Below are positions 1-13,033 of a stretch of 64,000 bases of DNA, piece after piece. The notes under the pieces were generated by a model that saw nothing but the letters and a program-made list of their open reading frames with translations, was not told the DNA's origin and did no database searches. Position 1 is the stretch's first letter. Each line of letters begins with the position of its first letter. Where the stretch lies: positions 8,866,001 through 8,930,000 of the forward strand of contig OZ176053.1 in NCBI GenBank assembly GCA_964247055.1. The letters run 5' to 3'. The DNA is from Paragordius varius. Its lineage: Eukaryota; Animalia; Nematomorpha. Made by a program: the position numbers and the translations under genes.

Positions 1-111
1 TGTCCATTTTTGCACCAGATTTTCGTCTTATATAAATGATACTGTTCGTTACTATTTATAAGCTCATTAGAAACAATTGAAAATATCCAACAAATAAATT
101 TATTTTTCTAC

Positions 112-175
112 CAGGGATTGGAACCCGAACCGTTTTAGTTTCGGTCCGGTTCCATTCGATTTTGGCCTAAATTTT
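112..175. mobile_element. Isolated terminus of the hAT-like MITE family seen at 7614-8533
   Basis: CAGGGATTGGAACC followed by GAACC/GGTTCC motifs resembles the terminal repeat CAGGGCTTGGAACCGG at 7614. No matching right end was found. Confidence 0.45.
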
Positions 176-1954
176 GGATTTTATTCCAATTCTATTTTTG
201 ATAAACAATTTATAAGTGATAATACTCAAAAACGAACAAATAATACCAATAAATGAAAAATTTATAATTAAATATTAAATTTGTTTTAACGCCTCATAAA
301 ACACAAAGGCACGGAAAAGAAAATTTAAAGAAAAGAATTGATAAAAAAATTATTTGTTATGCGTGTGTGTCAAAATTAAAATAGGTCTAAAATTTGTTTA
401 GGTAAAAATAAATGAATAAGAAAATTGGCTAAAAATTAAAGTTGAGGGAAGTAAAAATTAAGAAATATCACTCCCACCTAATGAGATTGTAAAACGTAAA
501 ATTTAAATTTTTTACGAAAAAAAGGTTATATTGAAATTATGAGCCAAATATAATGAATTTTAAAAATAATATGTTACGGAATTAATTTTAAAAATTTTCC
601 GTAAAAAAACTTAAACAAAATTTTATTTAACTGAAATTTATATGAAACAAAAATGAATTTACAAAACTTGATCAAATTACTAAAATATAAATTTATTTTG
701 TATTTATTTTAAATTTAAAACCGCTTTTGCGGAACCCCGAAATGAAAAGGCCATTAGCCTAAATGAGTCTGATTTTATAGTTCCGCCACTGCGCGAATGA
801 CTGGATTCATAAGCGATTCCGGTCAAAAACCCAATTCCATGTATAATTAGGGCTGAAAATTAAAATTCTAAAAAAGCCATAGTTTGTCACCCCAAAAGAA
901 ACCATTTATTTTAACAAAGGGTACTCTATCAAATTCTACAAAATTTCTATAAATAAAAGGTAATTAAGACATATGTATAAAAAAAATTTATTTCAAAAAG
1001 CAGTACAAAAGTCAGCGCAGTACAGGCGCGGTGTTTTTTCGAAAACCCAGTACTGTACTGCGAAAATCAGCCTATCTGGTCACTTTCATCTAAGTGAATC
1101 GGGAATTTTCAAAAATATTAAAAGATAAATTGTAGTTCTTTTTTGGGTATACAAATCATGTAAGAGGGTTGTGTAAACCTATTTCATCTTCAATACCAAT
1201 AAACAATGATTGTTTTAGGTATTACCCATATAAAGTCAAATTTAATTAAACTTGACCCCTCGGTAGAATTACCCTATGTTGTAAATGAGTTTGGAAGCAG
1301 TTACTTGTAACCTAAAATCATATGGATTCAATCATGGTTTTACAATTTCCCAAAGGCAAATATCTCAGCGCTTATTGTAAACCAAAACAAATAAATATAT
1401 TGAATAATTGGCCGGAAAGCGTTTGATCTCATTTAAAATCAACTATGGCCTCACATATTTTTCGTTGATGGCCGATTATAGCAGAGGCAATTTTAAATAA
1501 ACTGTTTTTGGCCACCACCTGCACCTGAATATCGCTTCTAAATCAAAAATCTTTAATCGTCAATCCCAAATTTCCCACACATATTAGTTGAAAAAGCGTA
1601 TATCATAATACCTTCTCAATAATATAGTAATTTTTAAATGAAGCATTAGCTTTCATCAAAGTAATTTTATTTAACAACATGTGTGTGATTTTCATATTTT
1701 CTGATATGGAGGAGTTATCAGAAAAGCGGTGTCACTTTCATATACTAAGGCCTGAAACAAAGGACCATAATAATCATGATACATATTCCTATTAAATTCT
1801 TTGGGATAGTTTTATCCCTGCTTTTGTTCAGAGGGAATTTGAGGCTTTCTCATATTATTAGTCAAAGAGGTTTATAATATAATTCAATAATATATTTAAA
1901 TAAAGCATTAAGCTACCACTAAAATACGAAAATTAATCAGTCGGATAAAAAACA

Positions 1955-2060
1955 TTCACTTCAGTCCTTCGATTTAAATCGGGGTTTCGTCCCCTGGGCT
2001 TTAAAATTAAAGTATGCATATAAATATATATTTCATTAATGAACCGAAAGATAAAAAGAC
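1955..2060. mobile_element. Fragment of the TTAA-flanked MITE family (9904, 22108, 61482)
   Basis: ttcacttcagtccttcgatttaaatcggggt...ttaaaattaaa aligns by eye with the left arm of the 9904 copy. Confidence 0.5.
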
Positions 2061-2584
2061 AATCAAAAGATTTATATTAGTTATTTTATGGGTCATCCTG
2101 AAGATAAATATTAACCAACATTACATTTGTTTATGGCTAATATAAAAATGATGCAAATAACACTTTGTATATCAATGGACTTTTATATTAAAATTTAATT
2201 TTTTTAATAGAATGAAAAAAAGATAATCTATAGAATAAAGACGTGAAGTAGTATAAATACATTTTTTCCAAAACTCATTTTAGATATTTTGGCTTATAAA
2301 TATATATATATATATATATATTATACGTACAAAATCGAAATTGTCCTATAGAATTTTAATGCCATCAATTTGAATATGGTCGGGTCATTATTTACCCAAA
2401 TAATCCGTGTCTTATTACCAAGTGATTTTGCACTAATTCATATATTTGAAATTAACATGTAAACCAAATCACTCAGTTTAGTTTTTAATATTTTTGCGTT
2501 TCCATTTTATTTTAAAAAACATTTTAATAAATATTTAATTCTGTGAACTTACATCCCATTTTTATTCAATGTTTCATAGGCAAT

Positions 2585-5500
2585 ATGGACATAACGCAAT
2601 TCTTGACAGAGAAGAAATTAGATATGGCATTTGACAAATCAGAGATTACCTTAAAACTCAATAATTTGATTAAAGATTGTCTGTATCGATGTTTAAATCA
2701 ATCAGCTAATTGGTAATTAAAATAAATTACGTTAGGCTCATTGAGTTTCTAAAAAACATTGAAATAAACTCAACTATGGTATTTAAATTTACTATATAAG
2801 ATTTTAGATTGTAACATAAGTTTTCTTGAAATGATAAATTATTTTAATATGGGAAACTATGACAAAGTTGGTTTTTTAAGCACAAATATGGATAATCCTG
2901 CTGAGCGATTTCTTCACTATTTTTCCAAATATCAAGTATCTTTGTTAAAATATTTAGTTAATTACGAAAAAACAACTACTTATATCTATTGAGGGTATTT
3001 AATAATATATTTTAGATTTTCCTGAAAACGATTATCAAAAACAGTATAGCATTCTTTCTCGAGACTTCCTACAATGTCAAACTGTTAATAAGATGGATTG
3101 TTTTGATGCTTATTTGTATTAATAAATTTTTAAACGTTTTTAGAATGGGACTTATACAGCTTAAATTAAATTCTAAAACAGAAGCCATAAAATATTTTAG
3201 TCATTCGATCCAATCCAACAATTTATTTTGGCCTTCCTGGCACGAACTATCAAACATTGTTGATTCTTTTGAAGAAGTATTGTCATTAGTCTCTAAAATT
3301 CTTTACAATATAACGCTTATCTATAAACTATGTCACGGTATTGCGTGTGTCATAATTTATTGGTTTAATGTTTAAAAGGGGAGTCCCACAGTAAACTTTC
3401 CCAACTTTTTTGTCCGGCTCGCAATAAATTTAGACCAAAATACGAATTGCAAAATATTTTAATAAAAATCTTAGTTAAATTTAAATATTAAAATTATTTT
3501 TTATTTTTATCTAAGAAAATTATATCTTTACTGTTAATAAACACCAGTTTGATTAAGGATAAATTACTTTTTATATCACGTTTGATTGGGTATAAAGTAT
3601 TGTTGATTTTTTAAGGAAAAATTTAGTTTATATTTTTTAAACCCGTCGGTTTTTTGAGGTGAAAATGCTACCTAGTCATTTATGAGACAACCCTGATTCA
3701 TATGATAATCTTTTTATTTTTTCATTTAATGGTAATATTTTTGCATTATTTTTTACATTTATATATGTATCTTAATTTAATCGACAATAAATTATAAACA
3801 ACCCTATATAAATCTGACAAAAAATTTAAATTTAAAAATTTGCATAATTAAAGAATATTTAATGATAAGAAGCTATGATATATAGAAAGGGATTGTCTCC
3901 ATATTTTTAAATGATTATTTTGATTTATTTTTCACATCATTTCCGTATTTTTTATAAAAATTTTAGAAGACTTTATGCATATTTTTATTTCAATCAGAAA
4001 TGTAAATATAGGAAACTAACCTTTGACTATATTTAGATATAACTTTTTGTTCATCAAAACTTCATATGTTCATACAATGTAATAGATTCTCAAATTGAAT
4101 TTACCAGAAAATTGGATGATGTATCTTTTTCTTGGTCAATACTTTGAGACAAGTAAAGCGGATTTAGCTCTTTCTCTCTATAAAATGATGCAAGAAACAG
4201 AATTATTTAGCACAAATACATATATCCAGCGTCGTATAGCTAAAGTGTACTATGAATTAAAAGGTATGGATTTGTTTTAATTTTATTAATCATTGCAAAA
4301 CTATCATGTGTTTCGCTCTTAAATAACATATTAATGCGTAAATATGTATTTTACTAAGTACATAATTTTATATTGCTACTGTATAAATTTTAAGGGCATT
4401 TTATAAGATGAGGTATAATAAATCATAAAATCTGACTTAGCCATAAAAATTCTTGTAATCATGATATACTAAATATATTTTAGCAAATTAATTAATATAA
4501 TAGCCTCTCAATGTTTTATCGAGTCAATATTAAAGAAATTCATTTAAATGAGTTTTTTATAAAACTTATCTTTTTTAATAAAGCTTTTATCTCACGATAT
4601 GGAATGATTTTTTCAATTTTATTTAGGGTAATACAGTTCTTCTAAAAACCAGTACTGGTTACGATTTTACCCTTAAATTGTATTCCTTAAATATAATTAA
4701 TTTTTCATTTTGCTCACATAAAATTTGTTTCTTTTACAATATATGTCTGTTCACATAAGGTGTTTATATTTAGAAATATAAAAATTTAAATATCAAAGAT
4801 AAACATAAAAAATGTTCATGTAAATGCTAAAATAGCTTTATTCCGAACTTTTTTCCCCTTTTAAGTTTTTTTTAAAAAAACACTTTCATATTTTTTTATG
4901 AAAAACAAGAAATGAAATGTTTAGCCATTCATACCCTCGCTAAATTTAATATTCACTATGTTTTGGTAAGATAAATTTATTATTACCAGTATAACATTTA
5001 AGAGGATATTTATGACATTTTTCTCCCTTTATGAATTATTTTGAGCGAATTTCAACTTATTTATATAAACATAGGAATAATAACTACTTTCTTATAATTA
5101 AATTAAATGCCATAAATTTAGACATTGATAACGCTTTAAAGATGTTCGATAAATTACGACAAAACGATCCATTCTGCCCTGATGAAATGGATACATATTC
5201 TAATCTCCTATATATGCTAGTAATTAATTCTTATTCAAATATATTAATTATGCAGCCATAAATTCAAAGTATTTCGGATAAAATTAAGGTTTTTAACTAT
5301 GGTTGTCTTTATGAAATAAATATTAATACATTAGTTGTTGTTACGTTTTTTCTCTATAATTTATAATATAAATCATATAAAAGCATTTTAAATTTATCTT
5401 TCAAAAATGCGCTTCTAATTACATTATAAGTTTCAATAATAATAATTAATAATAGGAAAAACGCGAAGAATTATGTGCATTAGCTCACGAATTTCAGCAA

Positions 5501-5983
5501 AGGGATCCATATCGTCCGGAAACTTGTTGTATTATTGGTATCATTTAATGTTTATACATGATGCGATGCTTTAAAAAATTTTAAATATATATTTTTTAAT
5601 AGAAAAAATATTGTAATTTTATGGATGAAAGTTTTTTACATTGGAATCGGTAAAATAACTATTTAAAAGTCTTGAAAATAAAATATGAACCAAGAATTAA
5701 ATAATTAAATTAAAAGTGTTATTTATAAATACGCTAAGTTCAAACATTTCTCATAAATTATGGGAATAATAAATTTAATTATTTTGTGAAGGTAACTATT
5801 ATAGTTTATGTGATGAACGACCCAAAGCAATCGAATATTTTCATCGAGCCTTAACCTTAAACCCCGAGTATTACCAAGCTTGGCTCCATATTGGTTTAGA
5901 ATACAATGAAATGAAAAACCATTCAAATGCCTTACAAGCATTTCATCGGGCCTCAAGTTTTCTTTAGCTTAAAATGAATTTTG

Positions 5984-6015
<32 letters not shown>

Positions 6016-7389
6016 ATATATTATAACATCAACAAAATATGATGATATATTTTATTGTATTTAGCATTGATTTATGTTTTGACTGTTAAACCTAATATGC
6101 AATATTTATAAATAATTCAATGGTTTTTTTTATTAAATCGTTATCCATTAGTAAATTTATATAAGGATATGATTGTACTAAAATAAAAAAATATTAATTT
6201 AAACCCTCAATATAATTTGTTTATATTTTCATAATTTAGAAATAAATACCAAGGATTATAGGGTTTGGAATGGTTTTGGTTTAAGTTACGAAATGATGGA
6301 AATGTATGGTCATGCACTCTATTACTATAAAAAGGCTGAAGAATTAAGGTAATAAATTATATTTCTGTTCAATTTATATATATTTTTACACAAATGAAAT
6401 AATAATTGTTTTGCGTTTTAATTGAACAATTAAAAATTTTTATTCGAAATTAACACAGAGTTATAAATATATATTTAACCAGTTTACATGTCATAGGCCA
6501 ACTGATTCAAACATTTTGATTTCGCTTGGAGTATGTTCCGATGCCCTTGGCAAGCCTTATTTAGCAAAAACTTACTATGAAAAAGCCATAATAAATGGTG
6601 ATTTGGATGGAAAAGCTGTATTTAAATTAGCAAAGTATATTGTGCATTATATAAGTAAAGGTGTTGTGAACATATAAATGATACAACATTGGCAGTACTG
6701 GCCTTCAAACAATATTTGGACAAAAACACTACTCAAGTAATTATATTTTTAGTTTTTATTCGATAATTAATTTGATTAACATTTTATCTTGGTTTTAGAG
6801 CAATGATGTTGAACAAGAAGTCCACGCTTTGAAATATTTAGGCCATTATTATTATGAAATTAAGGAATACCAGAAATCTTATAGCTATTTTAGCAAATGT
6901 CTATTTCATGCTGAGGTATGCTTGTGTTTTTGGTTGCCAAGAAAAAAACAATAACACATGAACATCACTTTGCATTTTTTATCATTTATAATTATATTTT
7001 TCAAATTTTGTTTTAATTAATCTTATAATTTTCCTTTGTTATAGTTTAATCCATTGAAAAAGATACTCTCATGTATCGAAAATTTTGGATATAGTTTGAT
7101 TTTAATAAATTTTACGAGAATACAAATTATTATCTTAACATAAAATATTTGTTCGCGTTGACAATATTAACATATATCTAAAAATATTGATGATTTAATG
7201 AATTTTAAACCTAAAACCAATAATATGTCTTTTGACTGTGCTATTCAATAATTTAGGATTAATGTTTCCAAAATTTTATGTATTTTTGACATTTTAATAA
7301 TACTTTAAAAATTTAATTAATTTTATATATTTTAGGGTGCGGAAGAGGGAAGAAGGATGCTTTTTGAACTGTATAAATATTTGAATTAA
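2585..7389 (+). CDS. CDC23: Anaphase-promoting complex subunit 8 / CDC23 (TPR protein), 15 exons
   Basis: Exons: 2585-2712, 2736-2778, 2801-2935, 2958-2994, 3016-3115, 3144-3276, 4086-4263, 5122-5219, 5456-5537, 5792-5956, 6240-6348, 6497-6634, 6661-6736, 6799-6915, 7336-7389. All join in frame through GT-AG introns of 23, 22, 22, 21, 28, 809, 858, 236, 254, 283, 148, 26, 62 and 420 nt. Diagnostic peptides: DCLYRCLNQSANW, DPFCPDEMDTYSNLLY, YRPETCCIIGNYYSL, ALTLNPEYYQAW, KDYRVWNGFGLSYE, EEGRRML. Confidence 0.95.
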
Positions 7390-7613
7390 ACAATAAATAT
7401 TATACATTAATTTATTTAAATTGGAAAAAAAGTTAATATTTCAATACCTTATTTAAACGAATATGGTGGTTTATTTATTCGCCTTATACGTTAGTTAAGT
7501 AACTGTTTTCTATTGGCAATCTACTAGTCTAAAGGCTTTTCGAAGACGAAGCACTATAAAATGTTAAATAGAACTCTTATTGATTTATCTTCTAATATGG
7601 TTATAAAATAAAT

Positions 7614-8533
7614 CAGGGCTTGGAACCGGTAAAAAGTGGAACCGGGACCGGGTCAGTTCTTGAACAAGTGGAACCGGGACCGGGTCGGTTCTTGAACAAG
7701 TGGAATCGGAACCGCGTTGGTTTTTAAGAATTTAAAAATAGAACATGGCGGTTCCTGAAATTTCGGAACCGGAACCGTTTTGGTTCCTTAAAAATTTAAC
7801 GGTTCTGAAATCGGTTTTTTACATTTTGAACCGGTTCCATTTTCTGTTCCTGACTTTTAATTAAATGATTCACAAAATTATTATCATAGTAATACAACCA
7901 AAATTAAATCAAACAATTTATTATGAATTGCCAAATGTATTAGTGGAAGAAATATGTGTAGCATAATAAATGAAACAAATTATAAAAATATAGGAAAATA
8001 TATAAGTACAAAGGTCTAAAATGAGAGTTAAATTAAGTATGGAATCTAAAAAAACTTTTAACTAAAAAATTATTGCACCAAGCATTTCGCTGGTCAAACT
8101 GCTTCTCAAGTCTGAAAATAGAAAATTAAGTGTGAAAAATTCCTTTCAACGGAGACCTATATATACGAATATATGTATTATAAATAAACTTGAGTTATGA
8201 CTTAATTTTTTTAGAAGAGCCGAATCGTCCATAATTCAGAGAGTATCGCTAATATTAGCCGTTTAGTTTTAGGTTTGAAATATATTGTAATGTGTAGTGG
8301 TACAATCAAATTTAAATAATAAAATAAAATTCAAAAATCATATGGGAACCAGTAATTTAGGGGGTAGAACCGGAACCTGATTGGTTCCTGAACGGTTGGA
8401 ACCGGAACCGGGTGTTCCTAAAAATTTATAGATAGAACCGGGGTCATTCCTGAAGTTTTGGAATCAGTACTGGGATTGTTCCCGGAGAAGTGAAACCGAA
8501 ATCCCCGGAACCGGATTCCGGTTCCAAGCCCTG
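7614..8533. mobile_element. Non-autonomous hAT-like DNA transposon (MITE)
   Basis: Perfect 16-bp terminal inverted repeat CAGGGCTTGGAACCGG (7614-7629) / CCGGTTCCAAGCCCTG (8518-8533). Dense subterminal GAACCGG motifs, a 32-bp tandem duplication at 7634-7713 and an AT-rich non-coding core. No clean 8-bp TSD. Confidence 0.8.
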
Positions 8534-8634
8534 GATTAATGCTTAAATTTGTGTACTGAATAGATAAATTAGGGGCTTATGATATCAGTTCTTGTCTCAA
8601 ACCATTTCAGTATAAAAACGCTTTTTAATTCTTT

Positions 8635-8791
8635 ATGCTACCATTGCTTTACATTATCCAAGTAATAATGCTGATTTTATTGTCATTGAAATGTAACCCA
8701 GGTTATTTTGTTTTATAAGATAATAGCTTTTAAACGTACAATCGAAACGGCAGTTTCTAAAATCAGTGGTGACTATCATCTTGACAAATAA
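8635..8791 (+). CDS. Candidate 43-aa secreted peptide gene (2 exons, 25-nt intron); unverified
   Basis: 8635-8701 + 8727-8791 gives MLPLLYIIQVIMLILLSLKCNPAFKRTIETAVSKISGDYHLDK*, with a hydrophobic N-terminus. No homology recognised; it could be a chance ORF in AT-rich DNA. Confidence 0.25.
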
Positions 8792-9903
8792 CCGTTTTTG
8801 CCCTTTAGTATATGCTGTTATGGTGCTTTGATTAATGCCTGAAATATTGTGCATCGAAATAATAAGGGAATTAACCGAGCCTCAAAACAATTTGAGGGTA
8901 GTTTTATCAATTGGAGTTGGGCAATTTTGTATACAATTTGCAGATTATCGATTTTATGAAAAGTTTAATACCTTCTCTTAATTTTCACCTAAAAAAACTA
9001 GGTGCCCAATTTAAACTAATGGGATCCACCTGAAAAAAATAATTATTTTAGAGATTTTTAGCGTTTCAAATCAGTTTACAAAATGTTTTACCAAGTAATA
9101 TTTTCAGTAACATTATTAAACGCGGTATTATATAATATGGTATTTTATTAAACCAATTAATGCACCACTTAAAATCGGCACATACTCTGCACCATTAAGT
9201 TTTAATATATTAAATGTTGGCCGAGTCAAATTATACGAGTTTGTTTTAGGTCCACCTATATATTCAATATCTACTAATATTTTTACTTCCATTCTAATTG
9301 TATATTGTGGTATTAATGGATCTCTTTAACTTTTTCTCGAGATATTATTTAAAAAAACTACATTGCCTTTCCAGCCTCATAATTCCTCTGTTATTTAAGA
9401 TGTTGTTTTATGCATCAATTCGCTAATTTATGTTAATTTTATGTATTTAATATATTTCAAAAGATAAGGAGTAAGTTATTTTGCACTATTAAACGTTGCA
9501 TCTGGTGATAATTTTTGTGCCAACGTGCACTATCCTAATATATAACTGTTTATTGCTATTATAGGCATGTACATTAATATTACCTTTAAAAAAGTTATAA
9601 TTGGTTTAATTATTTTTTTCTTGCATTTTAAAATTAATATAGTGATGTATTCAAACCAATAACAAACACCATCTGTATTTTGACATTACTTAATATTAGG
9701 ATCGCACCGAATGGTTAGACCATCGATAACACTCTTTCCCTAAAATTCAGAAATTGTCCGTATATGTTAGTTTAATTACTGCAGTTATGTTGGTAGAGGG
9801 TGCTCATTTCTATTGGTACTAGGTCAGTGACTAATTTTTTGACCATGGTCATTTTAATAAACAGCTGTTTTTTAAAAAAATTGCTTGTAAATTTCTTTTT
9901 TAA

Positions 9904-10473
9904 CACTTGGATACAACACATTCATTTTAGTCCTTCGATTCAAATTGGGGTAGTTAAATACCCCAGGCCTGTTTAAAATTAAATTCTTTAAAAATATGGA
10001 AGGAATCGAAACCATGGCAAAGATGCACTTATATAACATAAATAAACCGAAATATATAAAAAAATTTATAAATTTCTTGATATTACTTATTTTAAGCTAA
10101 AACCGAAAGGTAAAAATTTAGTCAACGTGACATGTGTGCAATGGTAATATTGAAAAATAATACAAAATAAACCGCTTTTTCTATTTCTATCAATGTTAGA
10201 TGTAATTTAAATAAAAAATTAGCTTTAATTTTACCCTTAAAAATAATGAAGAATATATTCTGCAAAAATTTTGTAAATAAAAATGGCGTGGAAGTAGTTT
10301 GACATGGAACTTTTTTTTCAAAACAAAATATTTAGATATTTCGGCATAATTATATAATTTTTATTAGGATAGAAGGATAAATTAAATTTAAACCGTTTCC
10401 TTCAGTAGTTTTTTAAAAATCCTAACTCAAATTTAGTCTGGGGTATTTAAAAGCCCCAATTTGAATCAAAGTG
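9904..10473. mobile_element. TTAA-flanked MITE (piggyBac-like target site), copy 1
   Basis: TTAA|CACTT...AAGTG|TTAA, with TTAA at 9900-9903 and 10474-10477. Imperfect long inverted repeat gattcaaattggggtagttaaataccccag vs ctggggtatttaaaagccccaatttgaatc. Homologous copies at 22108 and 61482. Confidence 0.8.
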
Positions 10474-13033
10474 TTAAAGAAAGATAGTGAGATTTTATTG
10501 ATTTTTATATTTATATTAATTAAATATATCAAATAATTGATATTTAAGTATGCTTATTTAACAATATATTAGAAATTGTTAAACGTACCTCCTTACAACA
10601 TTAGGATTTTGGCATATCCAGTTATGTCGAATAACAAAACAATCATGCCTTGTGCAAAATATGCAAATAAAAAAACATCTTACGTTTGGATATTAATTCA
10701 TTGATGAAAGAAAGTGTAAAACAGTTAAAATTTTTTGAAATTTCCAGTATTAAAAGCTATCTATTTGAAATGTGGCAAAATTTATTTCTTGATTATATTT
10801 GATTGAATATATTTTTAAATAATAAATATAAAAAAATTTATAATACAAACTTTAGAAAAAAAAGACATTATTAGTGAAACGCAAGTTTCAGCATTATTTT
10901 ACAATCTCCAATATCACATGATATTTACTTAGGTAAAAAGTGTATATAATCATGACCATGGACTGACTGGGTCTGAAAATGCACAACCCTATTGTTATTA
11001 TCATTTTTGTATCTTCAATCGTTGATCGATCGTGGCTATTTGAATTATTATTATTGTTAATAATATTGTTATTAAAGAGTCAGCATTTCATTTATCACCT
11101 TTGGTGTTTTTTTATGGGACAGGGTAAAGTTAACGACTATTATTAAAGAAGGGAGTGGTGTATTTCATAGCTCCAGAAAGACGTGTAAAGTAATATCTAT
11201 TATTTATTCATTTAATCCAGCAATGTGTTCATAAAAGTTCGATTAATGGACATTGTGACAGTTGTGCTTTTAAATTCTGAAATTTCAGCTTTAACCTTTT
11301 TAGCTTTAAAAATTTAAATGCCCTTTACGTATTTTTATAATAATTTGGGATAAAAAATGATTTAATAGCGATTTTGGTACATACGCCTTTATTTTTGCCA
11401 TCGCTTTTAATATTAAAGATCGTGATATATGTTTCATATTAGCTATATAATGCCCATAATATCCTATCAGCGTGCCAAATTATGGAATTAACGTATGAAT
11501 GAAGATAAATGTCGAGAATAGTGAAATAAAAAAATGAAGATGAAAAATAATAGCAAATAAATGATGACACATTTGGCCACAAAACTAAGTCCCTGAAGTA
11601 AATTATTAAAGCAGCTTTTATGGGTTAAATTTAATTTTTGGGTATTTTTTGTTTAAAGGCAAAAATCTTAGCGACCACTGATTTTAATTTATAAAAGGAT
11701 GCACCCTCTAAAAATACTATATGAAATTAATGTGTCAATGTAATTTGAAAAGCCAAAATTACATGGATTTGATAGGTGTCATAGCTATCCGATTAGCGCT
11801 TTTTATAAATAAGCCTATTAATTAGTTTTCTCTGTAACATAGCCAATTCATGATTATGTGGCGTCCAACTAACGAGACTACACTATATCAGTCATAGTAG
11901 TTATTCCAGTAAAACGGGAAAAATTTTCTATGCTTTTTTCTTTAATCACTACTTAAGTAGGGTGCCACTTTCCAAAATACTCAACCATATGAAAATAACG
12001 TGATTTAAGCATTTCGCCTAAATTATGATAAATAATGTGGGCGTTTCCTGTATAAAGGCATTTTGCCCATGGGCATGGCCATATCTTCGCCTGTAAAATA
12101 CGGAATATGAAAATAATGTGGCTTTAAGGCATTTAAAATTATGAATTTGTTATATGAGGAACCGGTGTTTAAATTCTGATAGAATCATATTGGCTTAAAA
12201 AGTATTTCCATGTGTATTTCCTAATTTCAAAAAAAACATAGTGATGAACCAAAAAAAATGTTCCGATTATCCCTTGAAGTAAAATTAATACATACAAAAA
12301 ACATGGCAAAGTAAATTTTTTAATTTTTATATAGTTATATTAAGTTTTTTTTATAAAAATTAAAAACGGAGAATTGGAAACGGATGTGGTTTTTATCGAG
12401 TCAATCTTTGCCGATGGTTCTTCCGGTCCCAACCATTTTTTATATTTGGTTCCATTGTTTTTTTTATCAAATGGTTGGAATTTTGGTGGCAACTTTTTAA
12501 ATTTAGGCATAGTCTGTAATTTTGGAACAATGTGGATTAAGTTTAACAAACATATGAGCATATATTTGTTACAAGCTGCCTTATCTAAAAAATGGAAATA
12601 TACAGTACAAAATTATAAAGTTTTACCCTGTATCAAAATTTGAAACAAAATTTTTTTAGATTCTATTTATAAAAACGGTGTAACAACCTTTGGATATTTT
12701 ATTTACTGAAACGGTGTAAAAATACATAATAGTTCTGTTCCGATTCATGGTAATCATAAAATAGTAGGAGTAGCATCATTGTTAAGATTACAATCCTCAT
12801 ATATTTAATAATGTTTTATAAAAACAAAAATAGTAATATTTGCCATGAACTGATTCAATTTCAAATATAAATCATATATAACTGAGATACTCCTATATCA
12901 AGAGCGAAAACGATACCCTTTATAAATACAAATTTGTCCCTATCAATTAGTTGATTAACGTGCAGTGTATAAAAAAAACTCAGGTATATATCATGAAATA
13001 TTATACGATATTTTTGTATGCATATCGCAATAA

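Noticed and set aside
2713-2800. Stop-codon reassignment (ciliate-type code) as an alternative to micro-introns
   Set aside because: Most segments are not multiples of three, so read-through would frameshift. TAA/TAG terminate CDC23, DDX1 and the SDR gene at the expected positions.
5723-5956. Minus-strand 77-aa ORF
   Set aside because: It is the antisense shadow of CDC23 exon 10. The same applies to most short track ORFs overlapping DDX1, SLCO, the SDR gene and C9orf78.
7634-7713. Short direct repeats resembling a CRISPR array
   Set aside because: These are tandem 32-bp units without unique spacers, inside a eukaryotic MITE with terminal inverted repeats.
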